DNA of 64,000 nt from Alphaproteobacteria bacterium (GCA_965222575.1 OZ244958.1:608001-672000); one strand, 5' to 3'; positions 37,672 through 47,806 are shown, numbered from the stretch's first letter. Notes: a model not told the origin generated them from the letters alone. Program-made: numbers and translations.

Positions 37672-39645
37672 TTGGTAGAGGACACTAATAATATTGTGAT
37701 ACCCCATGAAGCTGATGAAGAGGCGCGCAAGGAATTTGTGTCTCTTTTAGGGGAGGGGAGCGTAGAGAGTCTCAAGGGGTCGGTTGTGCAGGGGGTAGTG
37801 GTGATGGTGGAAGGGAATCAAGTATCGGTGGATATTGGTCTTAAGATGGAAGGATTGATTCCTTTAGAGGAGTTTACCTCTGCGGGGGAGGAGGTATCGC
37901 GAGGAACCCTTGTGGAAGTTTTTGTGGAGCATATGGAAACGCGTCGTGCGTTGTGCGTATTGAGTCGCCAACGTGTTCGTAATAGGAAAGTTTGGGCGGA
38001 GATGGAGGAGCTTTTTGAGGCTGGGAAAGCGGTTGAGGGGAGTGTAGAGTCTTGGGTTAAGGGGGGATTTACTGTTAAGGTGAGAGGGATTTTGGGATTT
38101 CTTCCTGGGAGTCAGTCTGATCTTTTGCCTGGGGCGGATTCGGAGAGTCTTGTGGGGACGACTCATTTGTTTAGGATTTTGAAGATGGATAGGGCTTGGG
38201 GGAATATTATTGTTTCTAGGCGTGCTGTTTCTGATGAGGGGATGGAAGAGGAGAAAGCGACTTTTCTATCGGAGCTGAAAGAAGGACAAGTCTTGCAAGG
38301 CGTGGTGAAAAATATAACGAATTACGGGGTATTTGTAGACTTAGGGCGCCTGGACGGACTGGTACATATTACGGATATGTCTTATAAGCGGTTATCGCAC
38401 CCTTCAGAGCTTGTGGAAGTGGGGCAGAGTGTAGATGTACAAGTGCTTTATATTCAGTCGGATAAGAAGCGCATTGGGTTAGGGATAAAGCAGCTCAAGG
38501 AAGACCCTTGGGATTGTATAGAGGAGAAGTATAAAGTAGGAGAGAAGTATACAGGGCGCGTGACCAACATTATAGATTATGGGGCTTTTGTGGAGTTAGA
38601 GCCCGGTATTGAGGGGTTAATTTATGTTACGGAAATGAGCTGGGGGCGGCGGGCTGAGCCTTCTAAAATTGTCTCAACATCGGAAGAGGTAGAGGTAGTG
38701 CTTTTAGGCATTGACAAAGAGAAGCGGCGTATTAGCATGAGTTTGCGCCAAGCTGTTAACAATCCTTGGATGAAGTTTCAGGAGGAAAATCCTGTGGGGA
38801 CAAAAATTAGGGGGCAAGTGCAGTCTATTAGTGATTTTGGTTTGTTTATTGCTTTGGAGGGGGAAGAGGATATGGTGGGCATGGTGCATATGTCGGATTT
38901 GAGTTGGGATAAGGACCCGGAGCAGGCGTTGAATGACTATAGGAAGTCGCAGGAGATCGAAGCTTGCATTTTGGAGGTAGATTTGGAAAGGATGCGGATT
39001 AATCTTGGGGTGAAGCAGCTGACGGAAGACCCCTTTCAGAAGGCTTTAGACCTTGAGTTGCACAAGCGTGTGACGGGGGTTGTGGCAAGTGTCAACGATG
39101 CCGGCATTACCCTGACTTTGTCTAATGGGATGAGAGGATTTGTCCGCAGAGGGGATATTTCTTCCTACAGAGATAACCAGAGGACGAATCGATTTGCTGT
39201 GGGGGATAAAGTTGATGCGAAGATTACAAGCATTAATGAGAAAACCAGAAGGATTTTTCTCTCTATTAAGGCGGTGGAAATAGAAGATGAGAAAGAAGCG
39301 ATGAAAACTTATGGGTCTAAAGCGTCTGGTGCCTTGCTAGGGTCGATTCTAGGGGAAGCTTTGGGAGGAGAAGGGAAAAAAGAAGAGGAGGAGGAGGACT
39401 CTTCTGAGAAGCCTGCTGTGGATGATGCGCAGAAAAAGAAAGAGGGGACACCCTCTTCAGAGAAGCGAGCTGTGGATGATGCGCAGAAAAAGAAGGAGGG
39501 GACACCCTCTTCTGAGAAGCGAGCTGTGGATGATGCACAGAAAAAGAAGGAGGGGACACCCTCTTCTGAGAAGCCTGCTATAGATGATGAGAAAAAGAAG
39601 AAGAAAGGTACAGCTAAAGCTACAGAAGAAAAAGGGACGGGCTAG
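37672..39645 (+). CDS. rpsA: 30S ribosomal protein S1 with repeat-extended C-terminus
   Basis: Six S1 domains (FLPGSQ, KNITNYGVFVDLG, DYGAFVEL, DFGLFI). Confidence 0.96.
   Translation: MVEDTNNIVIPHEADEEARKEFVSLLGEGSVESLKGSVVQGVVVMVEGNQVSVDIGLKMEGLIPLEEFTSAGEEVSRGTLVEVFVEHMETRRALCVLSRQRVRNRKVWAEMEELFEAGKAVEGSVESWVKGGFTVKVRGILGFLPGSQSDLLPGADSESLVGTTHLFRILKMDRAWGNIIVSRRAVSDEGMEEEKATFLSELKEGQVLQGVVKNITNYGVFVDLGRLDGLVHITDMSYKRLSHPSELVEVGQSVDVQVLYIQSDKKRIGLGIKQLKEDPWDCIEEKYKVGEKYTGRVTNIIDYGAFVELEPGIEGLIYVTEMSWGRRAEPSKIVSTSEEVEVVLLGIDKEKRRISMSLRQAVNNPWMKFQEENPVGTKIRGQVQSISDFGLFIALEGEEDMVGMVHMSDLSWDKDPEQALNDYRKSQEIEACILEVDLERMRINLGVKQLTEDPFQKALDLELHKRVTGVVASVNDAGITLTLSNGMRGFVRRGDISSYRDNQRTNRFAVGDKVDAKITSINEKTRRIFLSIKAVEIEDEKEAMKTYGSKASGALLGSILGEALGGEGKKEEEEEDSSEKPAVDDAQKKKEGTPSSEKRAVDDAQKKKEGTPSSEKRAVDDAQKKKEGTPSSEKPAIDDEKKKKKGTAKATEEKGTG
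39400..39612. repeat. Coding tandem repeat, 54 bp x about 4 (SSEK[PR]AVDDAQKKKEGTP)
   Basis: Units start at 39400, 39454, 39508 and 39562. Confidence 0.95.
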
Positions 39646-39714
39646 AGGGGAAGAGGAAGGGGGTCATTGGGTTAGGGATGAAGGGGGCATACTCTTGAAT
39701 GAGAAGGGAGAAAG

Positions 39715-39975
39715 ATGAAGAAAGGTGACAAGAATCCCTCTTTTGAGGAGGCATTGAAGGAGTTAGAGAAGATTGTTGAGAAGTTATCGGGTTCTTTAGC
39801 TTTAGAGGAGTCTGTTCAGTTATATGAGCGTGGGATGGTTTTGAAGGGTTTTTGTGATAAGGCGTTGAAGGCAGCGGAAGATAGGATAAATGCGATTAAA
39901 GTGGTGAGGCCGCGTGAGGAGGGAGTGGAGGAAGTGTTAGTGGATGCTTCTGAAGGGGATGATGTCATCTTTTAA
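39715..39975 (+). CDS. xseB: Exodeoxyribonuclease VII small subunit
   Basis: SFEEALKELEKIV..LEES..LYERG..C...L..AE. Confidence 0.93.
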   Translation: MKKGDKNPSFEEALKELEKIVEKLSGSLALEESVQLYERGMVLKGFCDKALKAAEDRINAIKVVRPREEGVEEVLVDASEGDDVIF

Positions 39976-40822
39976 GGCAGCATTTCGGGCGTTTCTTCCG
40001 TCTTTTGAGCGTTATTTGGAGGAAGTGGTTGAGTCGTATCGTTTGCGAGCGCCGTCTTCATCTTTGTATGGGGCGCTACGGTATGGAATTTGTTCTAGGG
40101 GGAAGAGGTTTCGTCCTTTTTTGGTATGGATTTGCGGAAATTTTTGGCAAGTAGAGTCTCGACAGGTTCAACATTTGGGGGTTGTGATAGAGATGCTACA
40201 TGCTTGGTCATTGATGTGTGATGATTTGCCGTGTATGGATGATGAGAGTGAGAGGCGGGGTTTGCCTACGACTCATGTAGTGTATGGGGAGGCTCTGACG
40301 GTTTTAGGGGCGCATTGTGTATTGATAGGAGCGTTAGAGCAAGTGGTACGGGGGCCATTTTCTGAGGGGGTTAAGGGGTTAATTTTAGAGGAGATTCTCG
40401 AGGCGACGGGATTGAGGGGTTTGTGTGGGGGGCAGGCGTTGGATGAAGAGTGGCGTCATGGAGGTGGGAGTAAAGAGGAGTTACAGTTAGTTCGGCGGTT
40501 AAAGACTGGCAAACTTTTTGAAGTGTGTTGTGTTTGTGCGGGGGGATTAGCGGCGTTGCATGGGAAAGATTTAGAGATTTTGAGAACTTTCAGTATGCTA
40601 TTGGGGGATTTGTTTCAAGTTACTGATGATTTATTGGAGAGGGGGGATAGGAAGGCGGGCAGGAGGGAGTCTACGCTTTTAGAGGTTATGTCTTTAGGGG
40701 AAGCACAAGCGGAAGCGCAGCGTCTTTATGAGGAGGCCTGTGCGTGTCTTAGGTCTCTTTCTGTACCGAGGCCTTCTCTTTTGGAGGAGGCGGCTAGTTT
40801 TGTATTAAAGAGAAGGCAGTGA
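39959..40822 (+). CDS. ispA: Farnesyl diphosphate synthase
   Basis: GKRFRP, DDLPCMDD..RRG, GGQALD, KTG and FQVTDD; follows xseB. Confidence 0.9.
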   Translation: MMSSFKAAFRAFLPSFERYLEEVVESYRLRAPSSSLYGALRYGICSRGKRFRPFLVWICGNFWQVESRQVQHLGVVIEMLHAWSLMCDDLPCMDDESERRGLPTTHVVYGEALTVLGAHCVLIGALEQVVRGPFSEGVKGLILEEILEATGLRGLCGGQALDEEWRHGGGSKEELQLVRRLKTGKLFEVCCVCAGGLAALHGKDLEILRTFSMLLGDLFQVTDDLLERGDRKAGRRESTLLEVMSLGEAQAEAQRLYEEACACLRSLSVPRPSLLEEAASFVLKRRQ

Positions 40823-41562
40823 GGGTGGTACGGTTATTTGTTCAGCAGGATTTAGGGGCGGGGGTAGAAGTTGTGTTATCCTGTGGTCAAGGGCACTATG
40901 TTCGGACGGTCATGAGGGTGAGAGAAGGGGAGCAGGTGGAGATTTTTAATGGGAGAGATGGTCAGTGGGGGGGTCGGGTTGCTTATAGGGGAGGAGGGAC
41001 TATTTTGTTGTGTCAAAGATTGTTGCGGGTTCAGCCTTGTTGTGTTGTGCCTTCTGTGGGGGTAGTGTTTGCTCTTGTGCGGTCTGTGAAGATGGGATTC
41101 CTAGTACAAAAAGGGACGGAGTTAGGGGTTGGGGTTTTCCAGCCGATTTTAACGCAGCGCTGTACAGTGCGCAGTCTAAGAAAGGAGCGTCTCAAAAGCC
41201 AAGCCAAAGAAGCGGCAGAACAGTGTGGAAGGTTGACTGTACCAGAGGTGTGTTCTTTGTTATCTCTTGAGGAATTTTCCCTTTCTCTTTGTGCGTCTTC
41301 GCGTCTTTTCTTTTGTGATGAGATGGGAGGGGAAGATTTTGTGGACGTTCTTAGGGCTTCTGATATGAAGCGGATAAGGAACGTATGGGTTTTAGTTGGA
41401 CCGGAAGGAGGGTTTTCTCCGGCGGAGCGTGCCTCTCTTTGTAAGCGAAAATTTGTGACACCTGTGTCTTTAGGTACAAGGCTGTTAAGGTCTGATACTG
41501 CGGCCTTAGCGGCTTTGGTCATTTATCAATTTTTTTCCCTAAACGCCTCTTCCTCATGTTAA
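40819..41562 (+). CDS. rsmE: 16S rRNA m3U1498 methyltransferase
   Basis: HY..VMR, QKGTELGV, EAAEQCGR, VGPEGGF and LG.RLLRSDTA. Confidence 0.95.
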   Translation: MRVVRLFVQQDLGAGVEVVLSCGQGHYVRTVMRVREGEQVEIFNGRDGQWGGRVAYRGGGTILLCQRLLRVQPCCVVPSVGVVFALVRSVKMGFLVQKGTELGVGVFQPILTQRCTVRSLRKERLKSQAKEAAEQCGRLTVPEVCSLLSLEEFSLSLCASSRLFFCDEMGGEDFVDVLRASDMKRIRNVWVLVGPEGGFSPAERASLCKRKFVTPVSLGTRLLRSDTAALAALVIYQFFSLNASSSC

Positions 41563-42827
41563 CAAAAGAGATGCTACTGGAACCTTTTGTTAAGGGTATT
41601 AAGAGTCGTGATGCTTTTCGCGTTGGCATGGAGTATGAGTTTTTTTTGTGTCATGAAGAGACAGGTAAGCCTATCGGTTACGATGTGATTGAGAGTCTCT
41701 TTGGTCTTTTGTGTGATGTTGATGGCTGGAGTCCTGTGCGGGAGGGAGTATATGTGATTGCTCTTAGCAAAGGGGGCATGTCACTGACTTTAGAGCCGGG
41801 CGGGCAATTTGAGATTTCCACCCCTCCTTACCGAACGCTTCATGAGGTACATGAGGAGTTGGTAACGGTATTGCGTGTGCTGAGCGGTATTTGTCAGAAG
41901 ATGGGTATTAGGCCTGTGTTTCGTGGGTTTCACCCTACGGCGAAACGCGAGGAGATCGCCTTTATGCCAAAAGTGCGCTATGACATTATGAAGCACTATA
42001 TGTCAAAAAAGGGAGACTGTGGCTTGGATATGATGTTGCGTACCACAGGCTTGCAGGTGGCCATTGATTACGAATCGGAAGAAGATATGGTGCTGAAATA
42101 TCGTCTGGCTTTATTGCTTTCTCCGTTTTTTCGCGCGGTTTTTGCCTCCTCCCCCTTTTGCAATGGGGAGAAAACCCCTTTTGTTAGTTATAGAGGCTAT
42201 GTATGGGATAATACGGACGCTGAAAGATGTGGTATCCCTTCTGTTGTGTTTTCGAAAGGGTTTGGATTTTGTGCTTATGTGGACTATCTGTTAGGAGTGC
42301 CTATGTATTTTGTGATGGATAGAGAGACTGGGGTTTATCATGATGTAGCGGGGAGTGATTTTTCAGAGTTTTTATCTGGTAAGCTCTCTGGTTGTGAAGA
42401 CCTTATCCCTAAAGCGGAGGATTGGGAAGACCATATTGCTGCGGTGTTTCCTGAAGTAAGGTTGAGGCCTTATTTAGAGTTACGTTCTGCTGATGGAGGG
42501 ACTCCGTTAGTAGCATTAGCTTATGGGGCTTTTATTGTGGGGATTTTTTATCATGAAGAGTCTTTACAGGAGGCTTGGGATATGGTGAAAGGATGGCAGG
42601 AAGGGATTAAAGAGATTTTGGTTGCGTCTTCTAAAGAGGGACTTGATACCTCTTTGTCGAGCGGCACCTTGAGAGAGGTGGGGAAAGACTTAGTAGGTCT
42701 TGCGGTGCAAGGATTGGAGAAACGGGGGAAGGGGGAAGAGGTTTATCTGGAGCCAATGGAGTTTTTATTAAAGCGGCAGCGGGGCGATATTGGTGAGAAG
42801 CAAGGCGGGGGCTGGGAGGAGCTGTAA
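41556..42827 (+). CDS. gshA: Glutamate--cysteine ligase (alphaproteobacterial/plant type)
   Basis: GMEYE, LEPGGQFEIS, MPKVRY, DMMLRT, VPMYFV and FPEVRL..YLELR.AD. Confidence 0.93.
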   Translation: MLTKEMLLEPFVKGIKSRDAFRVGMEYEFFLCHEETGKPIGYDVIESLFGLLCDVDGWSPVREGVYVIALSKGGMSLTLEPGGQFEISTPPYRTLHEVHEELVTVLRVLSGICQKMGIRPVFRGFHPTAKREEIAFMPKVRYDIMKHYMSKKGDCGLDMMLRTTGLQVAIDYESEEDMVLKYRLALLLSPFFRAVFASSPFCNGEKTPFVSYRGYVWDNTDAERCGIPSVVFSKGFGFCAYVDYLLGVPMYFVMDRETGVYHDVAGSDFSEFLSGKLSGCEDLIPKAEDWEDHIAAVFPEVRLRPYLELRSADGGTPLVALAYGAFIVGIFYHEESLQEAWDMVKGWQEGIKEILVASSKEGLDTSLSSGTLREVGKDLVGLAVQGLEKRGKGEEVYLEPMEFLLKRQRGDIGEKQGGGWEEL

Positions 42828-42830
42828 GAG

Positions 42831-42879
42831 GAGGGATACCCTCTAAAGGGATACCCTCTAAAGGGGTACCCTTTTTTTG
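42831..42879. terminator. Probable terminator built from tandem 15-bp quasi-palindromes between convergent gshA and gmk
   Basis: (AGGGATACCCTCTAA)x2 then AAAGGGGTACCCTTTTTTT. Confidence 0.6.
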
Positions 42880-42892
42880 TAGCTGTGGAGTG

Positions 42893-43519
42893 TTAGGTAA
42901 AGTTTTGAACGAAAGGTTCTAAATAGCCTTGTACGGTTTTGTGGTAGGAGAATCCTCTGATGAGGGATTCTAGGATTTGTTGACAGGTTTGCAGATGGTC
43001 GTTAATGACGACATAGTCGTATTGTGTATAGTGTGTGATTTCTTGTTGTGCTACGGACATGCGGTTTTTGAGCGTGTCCTGTGAGTCTTGGTTACGGGCT
43101 TTGAGTCGTTGGTGGAGGACTTGCAGGGAGGGTGGTAGGATAAAGATAGTCATTAAGGGTATGTTGAGGGGCTGTTGTTGGATTTGGAGTACCCCTTGCC
43201 AGTCTATATCGAATAGGACATCGTATCCTTTGTTGAGGAGGGAGAGGACTTGTTGTTTTTCTGTTCCGTAGAAGTTCCCGAAGACTTTGGCGTATTCTAG
43301 GAAGTCCCCTTTTTTTTGTTTTTTGTTGAAGTTGTCAAGGGAGGTGAAGTGGTAGTCTATGCCTTGTTGTTCGTTGGGTCTTTTGGGTCGTGTTGTGGTA
43401 GAGATGGAGAGACGCAGTTTAGGGAAGGTCTTGATGAGGTGTTGGCACATTGTGGTTTTTCCGGCTCCTGAGGGGGAGGAGAGGAGTGTCATGAAGGGTT
43501 TTCGTTTAGGGAGGGGCAT
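42893..43519 (-). CDS. gmk: Guanylate kinase
   Basis: SSPSGAGKTT, SISTTTRPKR, FGNFYGT, DIDWQG and FILPPS. Confidence 0.96.
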   Translation of the reverse strand: MPLPKRKPFMTLLSSPSGAGKTTMCQHLIKTFPKLRLSISTTTRPKRPNEQQGIDYHFTSLDNFNKKQKKGDFLEYAKVFGNFYGTEKQQVLSLLNKGYDVLFDIDWQGVLQIQQQPLNIPLMTIFILPPSLQVLHQRLKARNQDSQDTLKNRMSVAQQEITHYTQYDYVVINDHLQTCQQILESLIRGFSYHKTVQGYLEPFVQNFT

Positions 43520-43626
43520 GAGATTTTGTTAGGGTAATCGTGGTAACAAGGGGGAAAGTTTAGTATATACTATCAAAGAGAGGGGGTATGAAAAAGGGCT
43601 TTTCTTTTTTAGGGAGGGTGAGTTTT

Positions 43627-44427
43627 ATGGGAGAGATTATTCTTTATAGTGGGGAGGAGTTTGCATTTATGAGGCGTGCTGGGAGGCTAGCGGTGCAAAC
43701 ATTGGATTATTTAGAGCCAAAAGTAGAAGTTGGTATGACCACTGATGAGGTCAATAGAATCTGTCATGATTTTATTGTATCTCATGGGGGGAAGCCGGCG
43801 AGTTTGCATTATAGAGGGTTTCCGAAATCGGTGTGTACGTCTGTTAATCATGTGGTTTGCCATGGGATACCGGGGCAGCAGGTTTTGAAGGAAGGAGATA
43901 TTATGAATGTGGATGTTACAGTTATTGTGGAGGGTTTTTATGGTGATACAAGCCGTATGATAGGAGTTGGGAAGATAGGGATATCTCCCCGACGACTAGT
44001 TGAGGTGACGGGTCAGTGTCTTTGGAAAGGGATTGAGGCTGCTAGTTGCGAGGGTGCGACATTAGGCGATATTGGATATGCTATTGAGCATCATGCTAGG
44101 AAGTATCGTTATGAGGTGGTACGCGAGCTATGCGGTCACGGTATTGGGAGGAATTTTCATGAAAGTCCAAGTGTTTTACACTTCGGTCGTCCAGCAGAAG
44201 GGATACGGCTGAAGGCGGGCATGTGTTTTACCATAGAGCCTATGATTAATGCTGGGCGCAAGGAGATTAAGCTGAAACAGGACGGCTGGACAATTGTGAC
44301 GAGAGACCTGTCTTTATCGGCTCAATACGAACATACCATTGGGATTAGGGAGGAGGGTATTGAGATTTTTACTTTAAGTCCAAAAGAGAATGTTCCTCCC
44401 ACTGTGCGGCTACACAAAGGCCCTTAA
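43627..44427 (+). CDS. map: Methionine aminopeptidase type I
   Basis: CTSVNHVVCHGIP, GDTSR, GHGIG..FHE, FTIEPMIN and SAQYEHT. Confidence 0.96.
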   Translation: MGEIILYSGEEFAFMRRAGRLAVQTLDYLEPKVEVGMTTDEVNRICHDFIVSHGGKPASLHYRGFPKSVCTSVNHVVCHGIPGQQVLKEGDIMNVDVTVIVEGFYGDTSRMIGVGKIGISPRRLVEVTGQCLWKGIEAASCEGATLGDIGYAIEHHARKYRYEVVRELCGHGIGRNFHESPSVLHFGRPAEGIRLKAGMCFTIEPMINAGRKEIKLKQDGWTIVTRDLSLSAQYEHTIGIREEGIEIFTLSPKENVPPTVRLHKGP

Positions 44428-45457
44428 TTTGCCTTCTACGGCACCTCCCTTTGCCTTCTTTTTCTTAATTCTTGCCTTCTCTTAATGCGGCACCCCCCCC
44501 CTTTGCCTTCTCTCTCTTAATGCGGACTCCCCCCTTGCCTTCTCTCTCTTAATGCCCTTCCCCTCTTTGCCTTCCCTCTCTTAATGCGACTCTTCCCCCT
44601 TTGCCTTCTCTCTCTTAATGCGGCACCCCGCCTTCCCCCCCCCCCCCCTTTGCCTTCTCTCTCTTAATGCGCACTCCCCTTTGCCTTCCCTCTCTTAATG
44701 CACTCCCCTTTGTCTTCCCTCTCTTAATGCGGCACTCCCCCTTTGCCTTCCCTCTCTTAATGCGGCACCTCCCCTTTGCCTTCCCTCTCTTAATGCGGCA
44801 TCCTCCCCTTTGCCTTCCCTCTCTTAATGCGACCCCCCTTTGTCTTCCCTCTCTTAATGCGACTCCTTCCTCTTTGCCTTCCCTCTCTTAATGCGGCACC
44901 CCTCCTCCCTTTGCCTTCCCTCTCTTAATGCGACTCCCCCCTTTGCCTTCTCTCTCTTAATGCGGCACCCCTCCTCTTTGCCCCCCTCTTAATGCGCCTT
45001 CTCTCTCTTAATGCGGCACTCCTCCCCTTTGCCTTCCCCCTTTGACTCCCCTTCTTCTCTCTTAATGCGGCACCCCCCTTTGCCTTCTCTCTCTTAATGC
45101 CTCCTCCTCTTTGCCTTCCCCTTAATGCCCCCCCCTTTGCCTTCCCTCTCTTAATGCGACACCCCCCTTTGCCTTCCCTCTCTTAATGCGGCATCCCCCC
45201 TTTGCCTTCTCTCTCTTAATGCGGCATCCTCCTCTTTGCCTTCCCTCTCTTAATGCGACTCCCCCCTTTGCCTTCTCTCTTAATGCGGCACCCCCCTTTG
45301 CCTTCCCTCCGCACCCCCCTTTGCCTTTCTCTCTTAATGCGGCCCCCCCTTTGCCTTCTCTTAATGCCCCCCATGGAAGGACAGGAAGGAGCTTATTGAA
45401 GGATTAGGGAAGTGTCTTTAGAATTTATTAGTAATCAGCCTTCCCTCTCTTAATGCG
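44428..45457. repeat. Non-coding degenerate tandem array: core CTTTGCCTTCYCTCTCTTAATGC plus variable C-rich linker, about 28 units
   Basis: About 28 CTTAATGC occurrences counted by eye, period about 29-35 nt; one detached copy at about 45438-45457. Confidence 0.95.
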
Positions 45458-45541
45458 TTAGTCTCAGGCGTTAGTCGAAGGCTTTAAGGCTTTAGTCTCA
45501 GGCGGCTCAGGCGTTAGTTTAGTCGAAGGCGTTAGTCTCAT
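45455..45541. repeat. Short degenerate 13-bp repeats GGCGTTAGTC(TCA/GAA) upstream of mdh
   Basis: About 5-6 imperfect copies directly visible. Confidence 0.75.
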
Positions 45542-45638
45542 GCGAGGATTTTTTGAAAAAAAAGCTGTCAACAGGAGTGGAATTTTGTAAAGTGGAAAGA
45601 GAGATGAATTAGCCTTCTGGGGTTAGTCTTACTATAGG

Positions 45639-46616
45639 TTGGTGCCTGTGGAGAAAGTTTTTAAGCGTAAGAAAATAGCCCTTATTGGTGGTGGCAATAT
45701 AGGGGGTAGTATAGCTTATCAGTTAGCATTAGAGGGGATAGGTGATGTAGTGATTGTTGATATTATGGGTGATGTAGCGGTGGGGAAGGCTTTGGATATA
45801 CAGCAGGGTAGTGCGGCGGTTGGTGTTGATGTGCGGGTAGAGGGGAGTGATGAGTACCGCGCCATTGCGGGGGCGGATGTAGTGATTGTGACGGCGGGTG
45901 TTGCCCGTAGGGAGGGCATGAGTCGCGAAGATTTATTGTCTATTAACAGGAAGGTGATGTTGGAGGTAGGCAAAGAGATAGGGGCGTATGCTAAAGAGGC
46001 ATTTGTCATTTGCATCACGAATCCTTTAGATGTGATGGTTGGGGTATTACAGAGGGCATCGGGTCTTGAGACCTGTAAGGTTGTGGGCATGGCTGGGGTA
46101 TTGGATAGTGCTAGGTTTGCGACGTTTTTGTCTCAAGCGTTGGAGGTATCTGTGCGGGAGGTTTTTGCTTTAGTGTTAGGGGGGCATGGGGATTTGATGG
46201 TACCGTTGGTGCGGTTTACAACGGTATGCGGTGTTGGGCTTCCGGTGTGGATTGAGAGAGGAGACTTGAGTGCGGAGACTTTATTAGGGATTATAGAGAG
46301 GACTCGTGAGGGAGGTCTTGAGATTGTGCGTTTATTACAGAAGGGGTCTGCGTATTATGCCCCTGCCGTGGCGGCTGTTGAGATGGCAAAGGCGGTGTTA
46401 TTTCATCGCCGTAGGATGATGCCTGTAGCGGCTTTTTGTCGTGGGGAATATGGCGTACAAGGTGCTTATGTTGGTGTACCTGTGATTCTTGGTGGTGGTG
46501 GCGTGGAGAAGATTGTGGAGCTTCCTTTGAATGAAAAGGAGCAGGAAGAGTTTCGAGCATCTTATGAGTCTGTTGCGTCTTTGGTAGAGCAATGTGACCG
46601 GTTGGAGTCTTCATGA
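45639..46616 (+). CDS. mdh: Malate dehydrogenase (LDH-like)
   Basis: IGGGNIG, GMSREDL, ITNPLD, GMAGVLDSARF, GGHGD and GSAYYAPA; start approximate. Confidence 0.96.
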   Translation: MVPVEKVFKRKKIALIGGGNIGGSIAYQLALEGIGDVVIVDIMGDVAVGKALDIQQGSAAVGVDVRVEGSDEYRAIAGADVVIVTAGVARREGMSREDLLSINRKVMLEVGKEIGAYAKEAFVICITNPLDVMVGVLQRASGLETCKVVGMAGVLDSARFATFLSQALEVSVREVFALVLGGHGDLMVPLVRFTTVCGVGLPVWIERGDLSAETLLGIIERTREGGLEIVRLLQKGSAYYAPAVAAVEMAKAVLFHRRRMMPVAAFCRGEYGVQGAYVGVPVILGGGGVEKIVELPLNEKEQEEFRASYESVASLVEQCDRLESS

Positions 46617-47806
46617 AGATTCACGAATATCAAGCGAAGGCTTTGTTAAAATCTTACGGGGTTCCTGTGTTAGCGGGAGGTGTTGTTTTTCGTGGGGAGG
46701 AGGCGGAGGCGGTTGCGCGTTCTTTGGGGAGTGAGACTTATGTTGTGAAGGCGCAGATTCATGCTGGAGGGCGTGGTGCTGGGCGGTTTTTGAGAAATGG
46801 AAAACTGGATAAAGAGGGCGGGGGCGGGGTGCGTCTTGTGTCCAGTCTTGAGGAGGTAGGCAAGGCGGCTCGTGATATGTTGGGTGCCCCTTTAGTGACA
46901 AAACAGACCGGTAAAAAAGGCAAGATAGTCAAGAGGCTTTATATTGAAGAGGGGACTACTATTGAGCAAGAATTTTATCTTTCTCTTCTGTTGGATAAAA
47001 AGACGCAAAGTCTTACTTTTGTTGCGTCTTCTGAGGGGGGGGTGGATATTGAAGAGGTAGCCCTGCAGCGCCCGGAAAAGATTCTCAAGGAATCTGTTCA
47101 TCCTTTAGAGGGCATAGAAAATTACAAGGCTAGGAAAATCGCTTTTAGATTAGGCTTAAACCCTGATACAATCTCTCCTTTTGTGGCGCTCTTGAAGAAA
47201 CTTTATCAGGCTTTACTACAATTGGATGCCACATTGATAGAGATTAATCCTTTAATTTTAACGGAGGAGCGGTGGACGGCGTTGGATGCGAAAATGCTCT
47301 TGGATGACAATGCGGCTTTCAGACACAAAGAGTGGAAAGAGTTGCGCGATGATAATGAAGAAGAGGTAACAGAAAAGAAAGCCTCGGATTATCAACTGAA
47401 CTATGTGCGCCTAGATGGCAACATTGGCTGTATGGTCAATGGGGCGGGATTGGCTATGGCGACTATGGATGTGATACAGCTTTATGGTGGGAAGCCTGCT
47501 AATTTTCTTGATGTTGGAGGTGGTACGACTAAGGACCGCGTGAAGGCGGCTTTTGATATTATTCTCTCTGATAAGAAGGTGAAAGGCATATTGGTGAATA
47601 TTTTTGGGGGGATTGTCCGATGCGATGTTTTAGCGAGCGGTATTTTAGCAGCTTTAGAAGAAAAGCCCTTGCATGTTCCTTTAGTCATACGACTAGAGGG
47701 GACGCATAGACAGGAAGGCATAGAGATGTTGAACTCTTCATCGTTTCCTCTTAAGGTTGCGAATACGCTTCGGGAAGCGGCTTTGAGCATTATTGAGTGT
47801 GTGTGA
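46613..47806 (+). CDS. sucC: Succinyl-CoA synthetase beta subunit
   Basis: [30 protein letters not shown] and NIFGGI. Confidence 0.97.
   Translation: MKIHEYQAKALLKSYGVPVLAGGVVFRGEEAEAVARSLGSETYVVKAQIHAGGRGAGRFLRNGKLDKEGGGGVRLVSSLEEVGKAARDMLGAPLVTKQTGKKGKIVKRLYIEEGTTIEQEFYLSLLLDKKTQSLTFVASSEGGVDIEEVALQRPEKILKESVHPLEGIENYKARKIAFRLGLNPDTISPFVALLKKLYQALLQLDATLIEINPLILTEERWTALDAKMLLDDNAAFRHKEWKELRDDNEEEVTEKKASDYQLNYVRLDGNIGCMVNGAGLAMATMDVIQLYGGKPANFLDVGGGTTKDRVKAAFDIILSDKKVKGILVNIFGGIVRCDVLASGILAALEEKPLHVPLVIRLEGTHRQEGIEMLNSSSFPLKVANTLREAALSIIECV

Noticed and set aside
44428-45457. CRISPR array or protein-coding repeat (ORFs 44667-44891 and 45186-45407)
   Set aside because: Linkers are only about 5-15 nt, similar to each other and low-complexity. 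No cas genes are present. Unit lengths do not keep frame, and TTAA gives stops on both strands.
44428-45630. Replication origin (iterons plus 13-mers)
   Set aside because: No DnaA-box cluster, AT-rich unwinding element or rep gene was seen, and the G skew is the same on both sides.
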